Of a stretch of 64,000 nucleotides of DNA, positions 10,248 to 19,695 are shown in pieces. Position numbers and translations under genes: made by a program. Source of the stretch: an uncultured archaeon (GTDB lineage Archaea; Thermoproteota; Bathyarchaeia; Bathyarchaeales; Bathycorpusculaceae). Each line of letters opens with the position of its first letter. Positions within the stretch are counted from its first letter, which is position 1. Below the pieces are notes generated by a model. The model worked only from the letters and a program-made list of their open reading frames with translations, was not told where the DNA came from and did no database searches. The stretch lies in the NCBI GenBank assembly GCA_963782915.1, contig CAWALK010000020.1, positions 192,001 to 256,000 of the forward strand. The letters are read 5' to 3'.

Positions 10248-10949
10248 CTAAACAACTTTAATTATTTGGGGAATCTTGCCAGCAGTCCCAACTTCACCCC
10301 TATAAATCACCATAACTCCCTCGACACCCTCAATCGCTAAACCCCTGCTGATGCCAGCTTGGATTGCTGCTTGGACATCCTCGCCTTTTACAACATTCCC
10401 AACAGCTGTTGCTGCCGCATCTGCTAAGGTAGCGTTTCTGCAAAAAACCGTTGCCGCCTCCGCATCACCAAAGCTTAATGCGTGGCTGAAGCGTCCGGAG
10501 CTGGTGGCGACGCCGATTGGGAACTCGGTTAATCTGAAGCCGAAGCGTTTTGAGAGGGGTTCTTCGCCTATTGCAACTGCTACGTCGACGGGTTGGTTTG
10601 ATTCTGCATAGATTTCTCCGCCGTTTTCAACCACTGCCACCATGCAGCCTGTGCGTTTCATGTCTTGGACTGCTAAGTCAGCTATGGCTCCTGCAACTGC
10701 CGCCATGGGTCCAACATCCGCTTTTTGTGCGGCTTCAGCCATCATTTTAGCAACCAGCGGCTTCTCAGGTGCAGGAATAGGCGTTAAGGTATAGAGAAAC
10801 TTGGGGTTAGCCCTGACATACAATTCGAGTTCTTGCCTGTTGCGCCTGATAGATTCTTTAGCTGCTTCGATGGCTTCCGGTTTATCGGAAATTAGGGTGC
10901 ATTGGCTTTCTTTTAGGGTAAATGCTATTTTGTGGAGGGGTATAGTCAA
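10248..10949 (-). CDS. UPF0280 / ApbE-like protein (MA1715 type, sulfide assimilation)
   Basis: VGPMAAVAGAIAD, VENGGEI, ATSSG...HALSFGDA, LADAAATA. Confidence 0.85.
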   Translation of the reverse strand: MTIPLHKIAFTLKESQCTLISDKPEAIEAAKESIRRNRQELELYVRANPKFLYTLTPIPAPEKPLVAKMMAEAAQKADVGPMAAVAGAIADLAVQDMKRTGCMVAVVENGGEIYAESNQPVDVAVAIGEEPLSKRFGFRLTEFPIGVATSSGRFSHALSFGDAEAATVFCRNATLADAAATAVGNVVKGEDVQAAIQAGISRGLAIEGVEGVMVIYRGEVGTAGKIPQIIKVV

Positions 10950-11389
10950 CTTTTCTTTACCCGATTGTTCGAGGAGTGATCGTTATTGTTGCCGTTGGGT
11001 TTGATTGATTTTATAGCTCTTGCGGGACAGGCATCAACGCAGATGCTACATGTGCTGCCAAGACACTTCTCCTTATCAAACTGAACCGTTGTGTCTTTGT
11101 CTAAGCTGATGGCTTCTACGGGACATAATGCGACGCAGGTGCCGCAGTTAAAGCATTTGTCACTGTTAACTTCGATAAGTTTAGGCACTGTTACGCTGAC
11201 GCCCCGTTTGCGGAAGGCTTCAACAACTTTCTGTTGGATGTCGTCGGGCACTTCGGCTAGGATTTCTCCGCCTTTACTGTTAATATGCGCTGAGAGAATC
11301 GCCATGGGTACTTTGTATTCGATGATGATTTGTGAAGCGATGGGTTCGGAAACTTGTGTTTCACTGAAGCGGATAAGTATTCTTCCCAT
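10946..11389 (-). CDS. NIL domain + 2x[4Fe-4S] ferredoxin (MA1822 type subunit)
   Basis: Start MGRILIRF; CFNCGTCVALCP and CLGSTCSICVDACP; follows the DUF39 gene. Confidence 0.85.
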   Translation of the reverse strand: MGRILIRFSETQVSEPIASQIIIEYKVPMAILSAHINSKGGEILAEVPDDIQQKVVEAFRKRGVSVTVPKLIEVNSDKCFNCGTCVALCPVEAISLDKDTTVQFDKEKCLGSTCSICVDACPARAIKSIKPNGNNNDHSSNNRVKKS

Positions 11390-11393
11390 ACCA

Positions 11394-12896
11394 CTACCTC
11401 CCCAGCAGCTTGGACACATCTTCTGAGGTGATGATGCCCAGCACTTTCTTTTCAATATCAACAACTGGTAAAGCGGAGATGTTGTGTTGTGCCATGCGTT
11501 TCGACGCAATCTCCAGTGGCTCATCAGGTTTGGCTGTGACTACATTGTGGGATTCGATGTCTGCTAAGGCTTTTTTGCCCTCTGCCATCGCTCTGGTTAT
11601 GTCCCATGAGGTGACGATGCCACGGAGTTTACCGGTTTCGTCCACTACGACGATGTGGTTGACTGATTTGGTGACTATGCGTTGGGCGATGGCTTGGATT
11701 TCTTCGTTTTCGGTACAGGTTACTGCCGGATGCATAACGGATACGACGAAGGGGATTTCTTCGGTTTGGCGCATCGGTTTGAAAACGGTGTTTGTGGGTA
11801 AGGTTTCGACTGGTGAGGTTAGGGTGAAGGTGCCTTCTTCAATCCACGACTTTAGGGTGCCTGCTACTTTTCTTGCCATTTTCAGGCTAGACAGGGAGCT
11901 GACGCGGACTTTTTTGCCGTTGATTGTTATAGCCCCTGATTTGAGGTCTTTGTAGCTGACTTGCCCAAACTTGGGACGGTCACGGCGGGGTACGCTGTAG
12001 TCGACGATGTCAGTGAAGATTTCGCTATCCCTAATTGCGGTTTTCTTGGCTAAGCCTATGTTAAGCATTGGGATTGGGATGCCTAAGCCAAGGTACATGG
12101 AGGTGCCGTATTTGGTGAAGCTGCCGCCCTGCAGGAACTCGGGTGACATTTTTTTGGCGTCACCTTTGACCATAAGGGTGCCGTTGAGATTTTTGGGGCT
12201 GTGCTGGGTGCCTTCTCCGATGACGTAGCCTTGGGCTCCTCCGAGGAAGATGCGGGTGCCCATTCCAATAGTTTCGTAGTTGGGGTCATTCATGAGTGGG
12301 TTGAGTTCGCCTGCGCCCGAGAAAGTGGCGTTTTTGAATCTGGGCAAAAGCTTACTCATGTAAGTGTAAATTACTTCGTCGCTGCTGTTTACCGCGCAGT
12401 TGTAACGTTGGTAGCCGTTGCGGAAGTTCAGCAGATAAAATTGGTTAAGGTCATCTTTGGTTAGGGTGGTTTTGACTGCTGTTCTTGGGTAACAGTCTGT
12501 GCCATAGGCTGTTGCTCTGAATTCGACTTCTTTGCCTGCGACAAGGTCCGAGATAACGTGGCCTCCGCCGTACTCACAGGGCTGCTTCTCAGACATGTTT
12601 GTAGCGCCCACAAATATGTCAACGGCTGCTCCCGGATGGCACACTTCAACGTCGTTGAGCCATGCCCTCTCGATTTTGATTGGTGGATCGGAGTGGCCGA
12701 GGTTTATGACTGCGCCTGAACTGCACATGGCGCCGAAAGTGCCGGTTGTAACTACATCAACTTCTTTGAAGGCGACTTCTACGCCGCTGTTTTCGACGAG
12801 TTTCTTCATTTCTTCAGCGGTTAAGACTTGGGCGTCGCCTTTGCGGATTTTATCATTTATCTCTTCTACTGTGCGAGTTTTGCCTTGTTGCGACAA
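11394..12896 (-). CDS. L-aspartate semialdehyde sulfurtransferase (DUF39 + CBS pair; homocysteine biosynthesis)
   Basis: VDVVTTGTFGAMCSSGA, YGGGHVI, GTDCYPR, SGAGELNPLMNDP; C-terminal CBS domains. Confidence 0.92.
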   Translation of the reverse strand: MSQQGKTRTVEEINDKIRKGDAQVLTAEEMKKLVENSGVEVAFKEVDVVTTGTFGAMCSSGAVINLGHSDPPIKIERAWLNDVEVCHPGAAVDIFVGATNMSEKQPCEYGGGHVISDLVAGKEVEFRATAYGTDCYPRTAVKTTLTKDDLNQFYLLNFRNGYQRYNCAVNSSDEVIYTYMSKLLPRFKNATFSGAGELNPLMNDPNYETIGMGTRIFLGGAQGYVIGEGTQHSPKNLNGTLMVKGDAKKMSPEFLQGGSFTKYGTSMYLGLGIPIPMLNIGLAKKTAIRDSEIFTDIVDYSVPRRDRPKFGQVSYKDLKSGAITINGKKVRVSSLSSLKMARKVAGTLKSWIEEGTFTLTSPVETLPTNTVFKPMRQTEEIPFVVSVMHPAVTCTENEEIQAIAQRIVTKSVNHIVVVDETGKLRGIVTSWDITRAMAEGKKALADIESHNVVTAKPDEPLEIASKRMAQHNISALPVVDIEKKVLGIITSEDVSKLLGR

Positions 12897-13055
12897 AGTA
12901 GTAGCCTTTCCCTTGATGCCAATCAGGAGGCTAAGCGGGCATATATTATTTGCGCAAAAACAGCTGCTTTATCTTATAATGATGTTATAGCAAAGTATTG
13001 CCCAAAGTAACCAAATTTGCCTTTAAATAAGGGAGGGGGAGGTCTCACAGAGCAG

Positions 13056-14576
13056 TTATGCTTGGTGGTTTTTGCCGTTGTAATCGGTTTTGAGCACGTT
13101 CATGCCGCTTATGACTGCTTCGATGGATGCTTTGACGATGTCTTCTCGAACGCCCATAGCTGTGACTGTTCGCTCGCCTTTGCGTAGGTGAACAACGACT
13201 TCGACCATGGCGTCTGTTCCGCCTGTGATGGCTTTGACGTTGTATTGTTCAAGTGTTATTTGCTCTGTTTCTGCCAATGCGGCTTTGACGGCGTTGATGG
13301 CTGCGTCGACTGGGCCGACTCCTATGGCGCTGCCCCAGACATCTTTGCTGTGCAGTTTGAGTTTGGCGGAGGCGGTTGCGGTGACTTTGTTGCCTCCGAC
13401 GTAGGTGATTTCTTCGAGTTCGATGGGTTTGGCGCCGCTTAAGCCCATGACGGTTTCGGCGATTGCCAAAACATCTGCATCCATGACGCTTTTGCCTTTG
13501 TCACCCAGCTCTTTGATGCGTTGGAATATGTCACTGAACTGTGTCTCTGTGGGTGTTAAGCCCATGTTTGCGAGGTCGTTTTTGATTGCGTTTGAGCCGC
13601 TGTGTTTGCCGGGTGCGAGGCGCCGTTTGCAGCCCACTAGTTCGGGCGCGATGGGTTCGTAGGTTAAGGGGTTGGCTAGGACGCCTTGTGTGTGGATGCC
13701 TGATTCGTGTGTAAACGCGTTTTCGCCGACTATGGCTTTGTTTGGTTGGGTGTGGACGCCTGTTAATCTGGATACCAGTTGGCTGGTGTTGTAGAGCAAT
13801 TCGGTTTTGATTTTGAGGTCCAGTTTGTAGAGGCTGCGCAGTGAAATCACGATTTCTTCTAAGGCTGCGTTTCCTGCGCGTTCGCCTAAGCCGTTTATGG
13901 TGCCGTGTGCTTCTTGAGCGCCTGCTCCTAAAGCGGCGACGGTGTTGGCGACTGCCATTCCGAAGTCGTTGTGGCAGTGTACGCCGACCGGCACCTTGAT
14001 TTTGTCTGTTAAGCGAGTAAAGTAGTCGAAGCTGCGGTCAGGTGTTAGGATGCCCACTGTGTCGCAGGCGGTAACGCGGTCAACGCCGCAGTCTACAGCG
14101 GTTTGGAAGACTTGGACTAAGTAATCGAAGTCCGAGCGGGTTGCATCTTCCGCCAACAGGTCCACTTTTAAGCCGTGGGCTTTGGCGTATGTGATGCAGT
14201 CTTCGGTGGCTTTTAGCACCTGTTCTCGGGTTTTGCGGAGTTTGCACTCGATATGCAAATCGCTGGTGGGTATAATCATGCTCATTGTGGAGGCGCCGCT
14301 TTTGAGGACGGCGTCGATGTCTCCTCTTGTGCCTCTGCCTGCGCTGCTGACTTCGGCGCGTAAGCCTTGATGTGCGATTAAGCTGACGGCTTCCATTTCG
14401 CCGTCGGATACCGCTGCGAATCCGGCTTCGATAACGTCTACGCCTAGTTCGTCTAGCCTCTGGGCTATGCGCAGTTTATTTTCAGGTACAAGTGATACTC
14501 CGGGTGTTTGTTCACCATCTCGCAGGGTGGTGTCTAAAAATCTTATGGACTTAGGGAAGCGGTTGAATAAAGCAAT
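13056..14576 (-). CDS. 2-isopropylmalate synthase / (R)-citramalate synthase family; start codon uncertain
   Basis: DTTLRDGEQTPG in frame upstream of the tracked ORF; HCHNDFGMA, NGLGERAGNA, HESGIH; LeuA-type regulatory domain. Confidence 0.9.
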   Translation of the reverse strand: MALFNRFPKSIRFLDTTLRDGEQTPGVSLVPENKLRIAQRLDELGVDVIEAGFAAVSDGEMEAVSLIAHQGLRAEVSSAGRGTRGDIDAVLKSGASTMSMIIPTSDLHIECKLRKTREQVLKATEDCITYAKAHGLKVDLLAEDATRSDFDYLVQVFQTAVDCGVDRVTACDTVGILTPDRSFDYFTRLTDKIKVPVGVHCHNDFGMAVANTVAALGAGAQEAHGTINGLGERAGNAALEEIVISLRSLYKLDLKIKTELLYNTSQLVSRLTGVHTQPNKAIVGENAFTHESGIHTQGVLANPLTYEPIAPELVGCKRRLAPGKHSGSNAIKNDLANMGLTPTETQFSDIFQRIKELGDKGKSVMDADVLAIAETVMGLSGAKPIELEEITYVGGNKVTATASAKLKLHSKDVWGSAIGVGPVDAAINAVKAALAETEQITLEQYNVKAITGGTDAMVEVVVHLRKGERTVTAMGVREDIVKASIEAVISGMNVLKTDYNGKNHQA

Positions 14577-14594
14577 ACCCCATTTAAATCACGT
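14546..14594 (+). repeat. 49-bp direct repeat, copy 1 (overlaps the 5' end of the leuA/cimA-family gene)
   Basis: tggacttagggaagcggttgaataaagcaataccccatttaaatcacgt; 46/49 identical to 17849..17897. Confidence 0.9.
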
Positions 14595-14789
14595 ATTATT
14601 GAAGGGCGCTCTGCGGGAATATAAGATTTATGGTATTAGGATTCACCGCTGCCTCAGATAGGCGATGGAAAAGTATGATAAATTCAATTATACGATTCAA
14701 ACTCAACAAGCTACCGGTATAGCCATGGGTTCAAAATAAGGAAAGGATGGATCGAATGGACAGATATCCAAGCGATCGAGGATTCCCTG

Positions 14790-14999
14790 CTATTGCGTGT
14801 CACTGATAACGTTTTCTTTCTTTTTGTGCGGCTTATAAATAACGCCGGCAATGAATAGCACGATCCCAATTATGGGTAATACGAGCACTATTTCTTGGCC
14901 TCTTGCAAAATAAAGGACCAAGCCTACAAGGATTAATATTCCTCCGATTCCGAGGAGTCGTCCTTTGTTTGTTTGATAATAATCTTTCATGTCCACCAA
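14790..14999 (-). CDS. Small two-TM membrane protein
   Basis: Two hydrophobic helices; GGAGGTG SD-like sequence upstream; follows the ABC permease. Confidence 0.65.
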   Translation of the reverse strand: MVDMKDYYQTNKGRLLGIGGILILVGLVLYFARGQEIVLVLPIIGIVLFIAGVIYKPHKKKENVISDTQ

Positions 15000-15031
15000 T
15001 TTTCACACCTCCCTCTTGTTTTCCGACTTTG

Positions 15032-15775
15032 TTATTTCCATTTTGTTAGTATTTCCTCCCTTCGGAAAGTTTTGGTGCTGACATAGAACAGTGCCACATC
15101 AACCGCTAAGAGAACCCCTGAAATTATGAGCAGGCTGTTTACGTCAAGAGTTATTATGCCTGTCTCGCTGAGAAGGTATATGCCCAGGAGTGGAAAGAGA
15201 ATAAAAACTCCAAAACTGTTAGCGCTGCGCACATCATTAACTCGTGATGAAACAATGACACTGAACAGAACACTCAGCACAATGGCGACCGGCATCAGAA
15301 GTAGGAGTAAAGTGGCGATGTTCCAGTTTGGGAAATAATAGTAGCCAAGTGTATTGAAAGTAACCGCGTCAACGCCCACCATGAAGACTACTGCAGAAGC
15401 ATACATTGCTACTAAAGTCGGAATAACTGCGGATATGGCTTTTCCAAGCAATATTTCTCCATCAGTGAGAGGCGTGGCTAGAAGCGGTTCTAGGCTTTTC
15501 TCCACTTTCTCCCCCACTATACTGTAGGAGGCAATCCCTAAGGGAACGTATGCTGCTCCTATGACTAAAAAGAAGGAAAAGGAGTTAAGCAACGCCGGAA
15601 GCACACTGGGCGCTGAGAGTCCGGGGCTTCCCCTTATTGCTAAATACTCTAGTATCGCCGGAAACAGGACCGAGATGACAACGGGGAAGATGATGATTGA
15701 ATACCAGACGTTTTTTACTCGCCTAAATATTTTGAAGTCCCTAGCCGCTATAATCCACGCCTTTGAAAGTCTCAT
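15032..15775 (-). CDS. ABC-2 type transporter permease
   Basis: SIVGEKVEKSLEPLLATP..EILLGK; six TM helices. Confidence 0.9.
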   Translation of the reverse strand: MRLSKAWIIAARDFKIFRRVKNVWYSIIIFPVVISVLFPAILEYLAIRGSPGLSAPSVLPALLNSFSFFLVIGAAYVPLGIASYSIVGEKVEKSLEPLLATPLTDGEILLGKAISAVIPTLVAMYASAVVFMVGVDAVTFNTLGYYYFPNWNIATLLLLLMPVAIVLSVLFSVIVSSRVNDVRSANSFGVFILFPLLGIYLLSETGIITLDVNSLLIISGVLLAVDVALFYVSTKTFRREEILTKWK

Positions 15776-15778
15776 TAT

Positions 15779-16696
15779 TTATCTCCTCACAAGTTTTAGA
15801 TAGGTATCTTCCAAAGTTGTGCCCACCACATTGATTGATCGGATATGACCGCCCGCAAGTACTATAGCCTCTACAACAGGTGAATTTTCTTTGTCTGGGT
15901 TTTCCACGTCAAATGTTACTGTGTCACCGCTGGTAGACAGGTTTTTGAGCGCCAATTTCTTCAATACCCCCAAAACCGTATCGTTCACTTGCTGTTCCAA
16001 TCCGATAACTGTCTTCCTGCCGCTAACGGACCTTTCAAGGTCCTGCGGAGTACCAATTGCTCTAAGACTCGTATTCATTATTGCTACTCTGTCGCAGATT
16101 CTCTGTGCCTCGTCGAGGTTGTGGGTGTTTAGAAAAATTGTCTTCTTCTCTTTTTTTAGTTGAAGAATGAAATCTCGGACTGTTTTCGAAGCCTCAGGAT
16201 CTAGATTCGCGGTAGGTTCATCCATAAAAATGACTTGTGGTTCATGAATTAGGGCTCGGGCTATGGCAAGTTTCTGCTTCATGCCTTTAGAAAAAGTCCC
16301 TGCCAAAACGTTCCTCTTCTCCCAAAGCCCCAGCATCTCAAGAAAACGCTGAATGTTCTCTTTTCTTTGGGACTCCGGAACATCATACATTTTAGCAAAA
16401 AAATCTAGATTGTCATAGGCTGTCAGGTTTTCAGACAAACCAACGTTATCAGAGACAAACCCGACTATTTTACGGATTTTTAGCGAGTCCTCTTTATTGG
16501 CGATGTCGAAGCCGCCGATTTTCGCGTTTCCGCTGGTTTTGGAAATAAGGCAGCAGAGCATGCGAACCGTGGTGGTTTTGCCTGCCCCGTTTGGTCCTAA
16601 GAAACCGAAGATTTCCCCTTCATCCACGTGGAGGGTGAGGTTGTCTACGGCTGTTAGGTCACCGAATTTTTTAGTTAAGCCCTCTGTATCTATCAT
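15779..16696 (-). CDS. ABC transporter ATP-binding protein
   Basis: GPNGAGKTT, FSKGMKQK, MDEPT, THNLDEA; likely start MIDTEGL. Confidence 0.92.
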   Translation of the reverse strand: MIDTEGLTKKFGDLTAVDNLTLHVDEGEIFGFLGPNGAGKTTTVRMLCCLISKTSGNAKIGGFDIANKEDSLKIRKIVGFVSDNVGLSENLTAYDNLDFFAKMYDVPESQRKENIQRFLEMLGLWEKRNVLAGTFSKGMKQKLAIARALIHEPQVIFMDEPTANLDPEASKTVRDFILQLKKEKKTIFLNTHNLDEAQRICDRVAIMNTSLRAIGTPQDLERSVSGRKTVIGLEQQVNDTVLGVLKKLALKNLSTSGDTVTFDVENPDKENSPVVEAIVLAGGHIRSINVVGTTLEDTYLKLVRR

Positions 16697-16805
16697 GCAA
16701 TTACCTTTCTGGGTTAACTTGAACCGGTTTCTGATAGTAATAGCGAAGGATTGATAAATAAACTGTGATTGGTACAATTTTTGTACTAGCAGAATAAACA
16801 AATGC

Positions 16806-17516
16806 ATGCAAAGCTTCAAAGGTACAGCTAAGGCGCAGATTATGGTTGAAGAGAAAGTTTCCGTTCAGCAAGTCAAGCAAGTTACAGCGCGAGCCCTGGA
16901 CCTTGAACGCTATATTCTGAGGCGCACCTGGGGACTCTGCTATGTGGTGCTTGCAGTAGAAATCGCACTTATCACCATTCTGCCATTGCTATTTGCAGCA
17001 ATTGGGCTTTCAGCTGACTACAGCTTCACAGCACGCTTAGCGGTAAACACAGCCATAAGCATTACCGGATTAGCCGTTATCTCATGGGTTTTCAAGAAAG
17101 TTTACAATGCCATGCAGGTGCGCAGAGAAATTACTGACTCAATATGGGGAAAACGGCGCAGGCCACGCTGGGCGGCAGCAATTTGGCTATTATACTACCT
17201 GCCAATCTTAGCCGCAATCGTTTTCTTCCGTCCCATCGGCTCTTTAGTTCTCTATGTACTGCTAGCAGCATCGGCGCCATCATTCTATTATGCACTCAGA
17301 ATCTCCTTTCCCGAGCGCATACCCCGCGAAGGCATAGCCGTATTAGCCACTTATACCGCCTGCGCAGTCACCAACCTATCTCTTTTCCTATTAAACGCCC
17401 ATTACGCTGCCTACCCACTCACCTGGGCAGCCATGGTCGTTGTCTCAGCAGTCGCCTCAGTAGTCGCTTACAGGCAGAAGCCGCCCCACCCGCCGGAGGC
17501 GACAGCAGAGTGGTAG
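16806..17516 (+). CDS. Hypothetical multi-TM membrane protein
   Basis: About six hydrophobic helices; coupled to the downstream regulator. Confidence 0.7.
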   Translation: MQSFKGTAKAQIMVEEKVSVQQVKQVTARALDLERYILRRTWGLCYVVLAVEIALITILPLLFAAIGLSADYSFTARLAVNTAISITGLAVISWVFKKVYNAMQVRREITDSIWGKRRRPRWAAAIWLLYYLPILAAIVFFRPIGSLVLYVLLAASAPSFYYALRISFPERIPREGIAVLATYTACAVTNLSLFLLNAHYAAYPLTWAAMVVVSAVASVVAYRQKPPHPPEATAEW

Positions 17517-17836
17517 CCGGCAAAATCCCCAACGCAGACGCCATAAAAGCCCTAAACGAGCAGCTGAGTGACCCCAGTCTCAAATCCTCAACCCGCATAC
17601 TGATCCTCATTCTGCTCGCTATGAACAAGAAACTCAGCGCCTCTCAGCTGCGTTCGCTCGTCGGCTTAGGTAAAGGCAGCTTAGAAAACCACCTCTCTAA
17701 ACTCGAATCCGCTGGATTAATCCGTGTCCGCTCCGTCAGGTCATGGGGTGGCACTCACCAAGTCGTGGAGATAACTGAGAAGGGGCTGGAGGATTGCAGG
17801 TCGCTGCTCAAAAAAATCCATGACTTAGACGTTTGA
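17510..17836 (+). CDS. Winged-helix (ArsR/MarR-like) transcriptional regulator
   Basis: GTG start after GGAGG; TRILILILL...LGKGSLENHLSKLESAGLI...ITEKG. Confidence 0.85.
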   Translation: MVAGKIPNADAIKALNEQLSDPSLKSSTRILILILLAMNKKLSASQLRSLVGLGKGSLENHLSKLESAGLIRVRSVRSWGGTHQVVEITEKGLEDCRSLLKKIHDLDV

Positions 17837-17848
17837 AAATGGTAGCGG

Positions 17849-17897
17849 TGGATTTAGGGAAGCGGTTGAATAAAGCAATACCCCGTTTAAATCATGT
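17849..17897 (+). repeat. 49-bp direct repeat, copy 2
   Basis: tggatttagggaagcggttgaataaagcaataccccgtttaaatcatgt. Confidence 0.9.
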
Positions 17898-17928
17898 TCC
17901 CCTCTCAGCGTTAGGCATAAAATGGGCG

Positions 17929-18618
17929 TTAAGGAGACCCGCCTATTTCTTGCTGAAGATGATCAAAAAAGCATTTCATGAATCTTATTCGACGCTGGGC
18001 AATGAGCCTTGCTTTCTTGGTGTATAGGCTGCGTGGGATGTTTTTGATTTTGAGTTCAAACTCAATGTTTAGGGCATGTTTGGAAAAATCCTTTATGCGC
18101 CCATTCGGTTTACCCCCGAATAGATTGCCCGCAACGTATTCATCCAGAGGTGTCGAAGAGAAAAGTTGCTGATGGTACTCACCTGAAATCATGTAGCCCC
18201 GAGCGATTCCCAATGCGCCAAGAAGGTCTAGTTTGTCGGCATCGAAGAGTATTTTGGCTTCTTTTGAGGCAGGTTGGCAACTGGTTCGGTACCTGTGTGT
18301 TTGAATGCAATGCTTGATTTTGTCAATATCTTCTGGGGAATAGTTTAGGTTCATTAAAATGGCTTCAGCCATTTCGGCTCCGACCATTGCGTGGTCAGTT
18401 TTTCCAGTGTTATCTTGGTCTTCTTTCACTCTTGCAATATCATGTAGCAGTGTGGCAGTCGTTAAAATATCGAGGTCTACTGTTGGGTCGTCAGATGCGA
18501 TTAGTATTGCATTCTTGTATACGCGGGTTATGTGGTCAAGTGTGTGTCCTGTGTCTTTGGATAATTCGGTTTTAACGTGGTCGAGTATTTGGCTTTGTTT
18601 TCGGTTCAGATGGAGCAC
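17929..18618 (-). CDS. HD-domain metal-dependent phosphohydrolase
   Basis: GHTLDHITRV, LLHDIAR, DHA, THRYR, LFDADKLD. Confidence 0.9.
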   Translation of the reverse strand: MLHLNRKQSQILDHVKTELSKDTGHTLDHITRVYKNAILIASDDPTVDLDILTTATLLHDIARVKEDQDNTGKTDHAMVGAEMAEAILMNLNYSPEDIDKIKHCIQTHRYRTSCQPASKEAKILFDADKLDLLGALGIARGYMISGEYHQQLFSSTPLDEYVAGNLFGGKPNGRIKDFSKHALNIEFELKIKNIPRSLYTKKARLIAQRRIRFMKCFFDHLQQEIGGSP

Positions 18619-18704
18619 CCGGTTTATCCCTTGTTAGAGCAATTAATAAAATTAAGTTATTGCATTTGGGATTAAGAAACAGGCGGGGTGTGCCTTGTTG
18701 CATG

Positions 18705-19023
18705 TTAAGCTGTTTTTGGCAGTTTCACCACAAGAAACCTAAACGCCCTCGCCGGTGTTGCGGAGCAGATGCGGGATGCCTTTGGGGCTCTCGATTAGGG
18801 TGTCTTTTGCTACTTCTTGGGGTTCTTCACCGATTTCTACAACGCCTTTGCCTTCGAGGATATAGAAGAACACATCAACCGGTGTTGTGTGCTTTTTTAG
18901 TGATTGCCCCTGTGTCAATGCCATATGGATAACTTCGGCGTCTGGGGTTGAATAGATTTTTCTTGCGTCAACCATGTGGGCGTTCTGGAATGGTTTGATT
19001 TGGTCCACTTTAGCGGTTTTCAT
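18705..19023 (-). CDS. Cupin domain protein (frameshift near the 3' end)
   Basis: KKHTTPVDVFFYILEGKG...PKGIPHLLRNTG; FLVVKLPKTA in the adjacent frame. Confidence 0.85.
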
Positions 19024-19100
19024 AAGCACATATTGGCGGTGAGGTAGGTTTAGGGTTGCCACTAACAGCTTAGGGTTTTATTGGTTTTATAAAAATGGAA

Positions 19101-19122
19101 GAAACCCCAACTCAGGGGGTTC
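19101..19122 (-). terminator. Hairpin followed by a pyrimidine/T tract after the 39-aa ORF
   Basis: GAACCCCC-TGAGTT-GGGGTTTC then TTCCATTTTT. Confidence 0.5.
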
Positions 19123-19242
19123 TTATTGGGTCCGTCTTCTTCGAATGTATTCTGCCGCCACAGTATTGTCCGGCAGGGGGTTAGTGGGTGCTGCTTTGAT
19201 TTCTTTAACTACTTTGATGGGTACTTTTTCTGATTTGTTCAT
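19123..19242 (-). CDS. Small basic protein, 39 aa: MNKSEKVPIKVVKEIKAAPTNPLPDNTVAAEYIRRRRTQ
   Basis: Manual translation; TATA-like CTTAAATA about 40 nt upstream; hairpin directly after the stop. Confidence 0.5.
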   Translation of the reverse strand: MNKSEKVPIKVVKEIKAAPTNPLPDNTVAAEYIRRRRTQ

Positions 19243-19401
19243 TCAAGTCATCCCTAAGTACAACTATAACGCGTTTGCTATTTAAGCTCTATTTTATCTC
19301 AATAAACAATAGTAGTGAAGTGCAAGGTACAGTCACCTGCAAAGACTGTTTATGGGAAGATAAGCCCTGGTTTACTGACTAGTTGAACTCGTCGTTGAAT
19401 C

Positions 19402-19600
19402 TATATATGGGGGAGGGGGGTAGCTGGCAGAGCAACAAAGCCCCAGTGTAAGCCGAATCTTTGGGTTTACGGCAAGCGCCTAGCAACCATAAACGCCGCC
19501 TGTCAACCGCACAAGCCCAGCCGTTCTAAACCAACAAATGCCCGCTTCTGCTTTGTTTTCGTCTGCATTCATTGAGCCTATAAATAGAGGGGGGCTAGAG
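19402..19600 (+). repeat. About 200-bp dispersed intergenic element, copy A
   Basis: TATA-like+G-tract at both ends; anchors GCAACAA, CGGCAAnCGC, CAACCGC, GTCTGCA, TATAAATA collinear with copy B. Confidence 0.6.
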
Positions 19601-19695
19601 AGGAAATCGCAAGCGATCGTTTTTTCGCATAAAACTTAACAGCAACACCAACCCAATAATTCTATAATACCCGCTTATTCAGAAGGTATTCGAAG

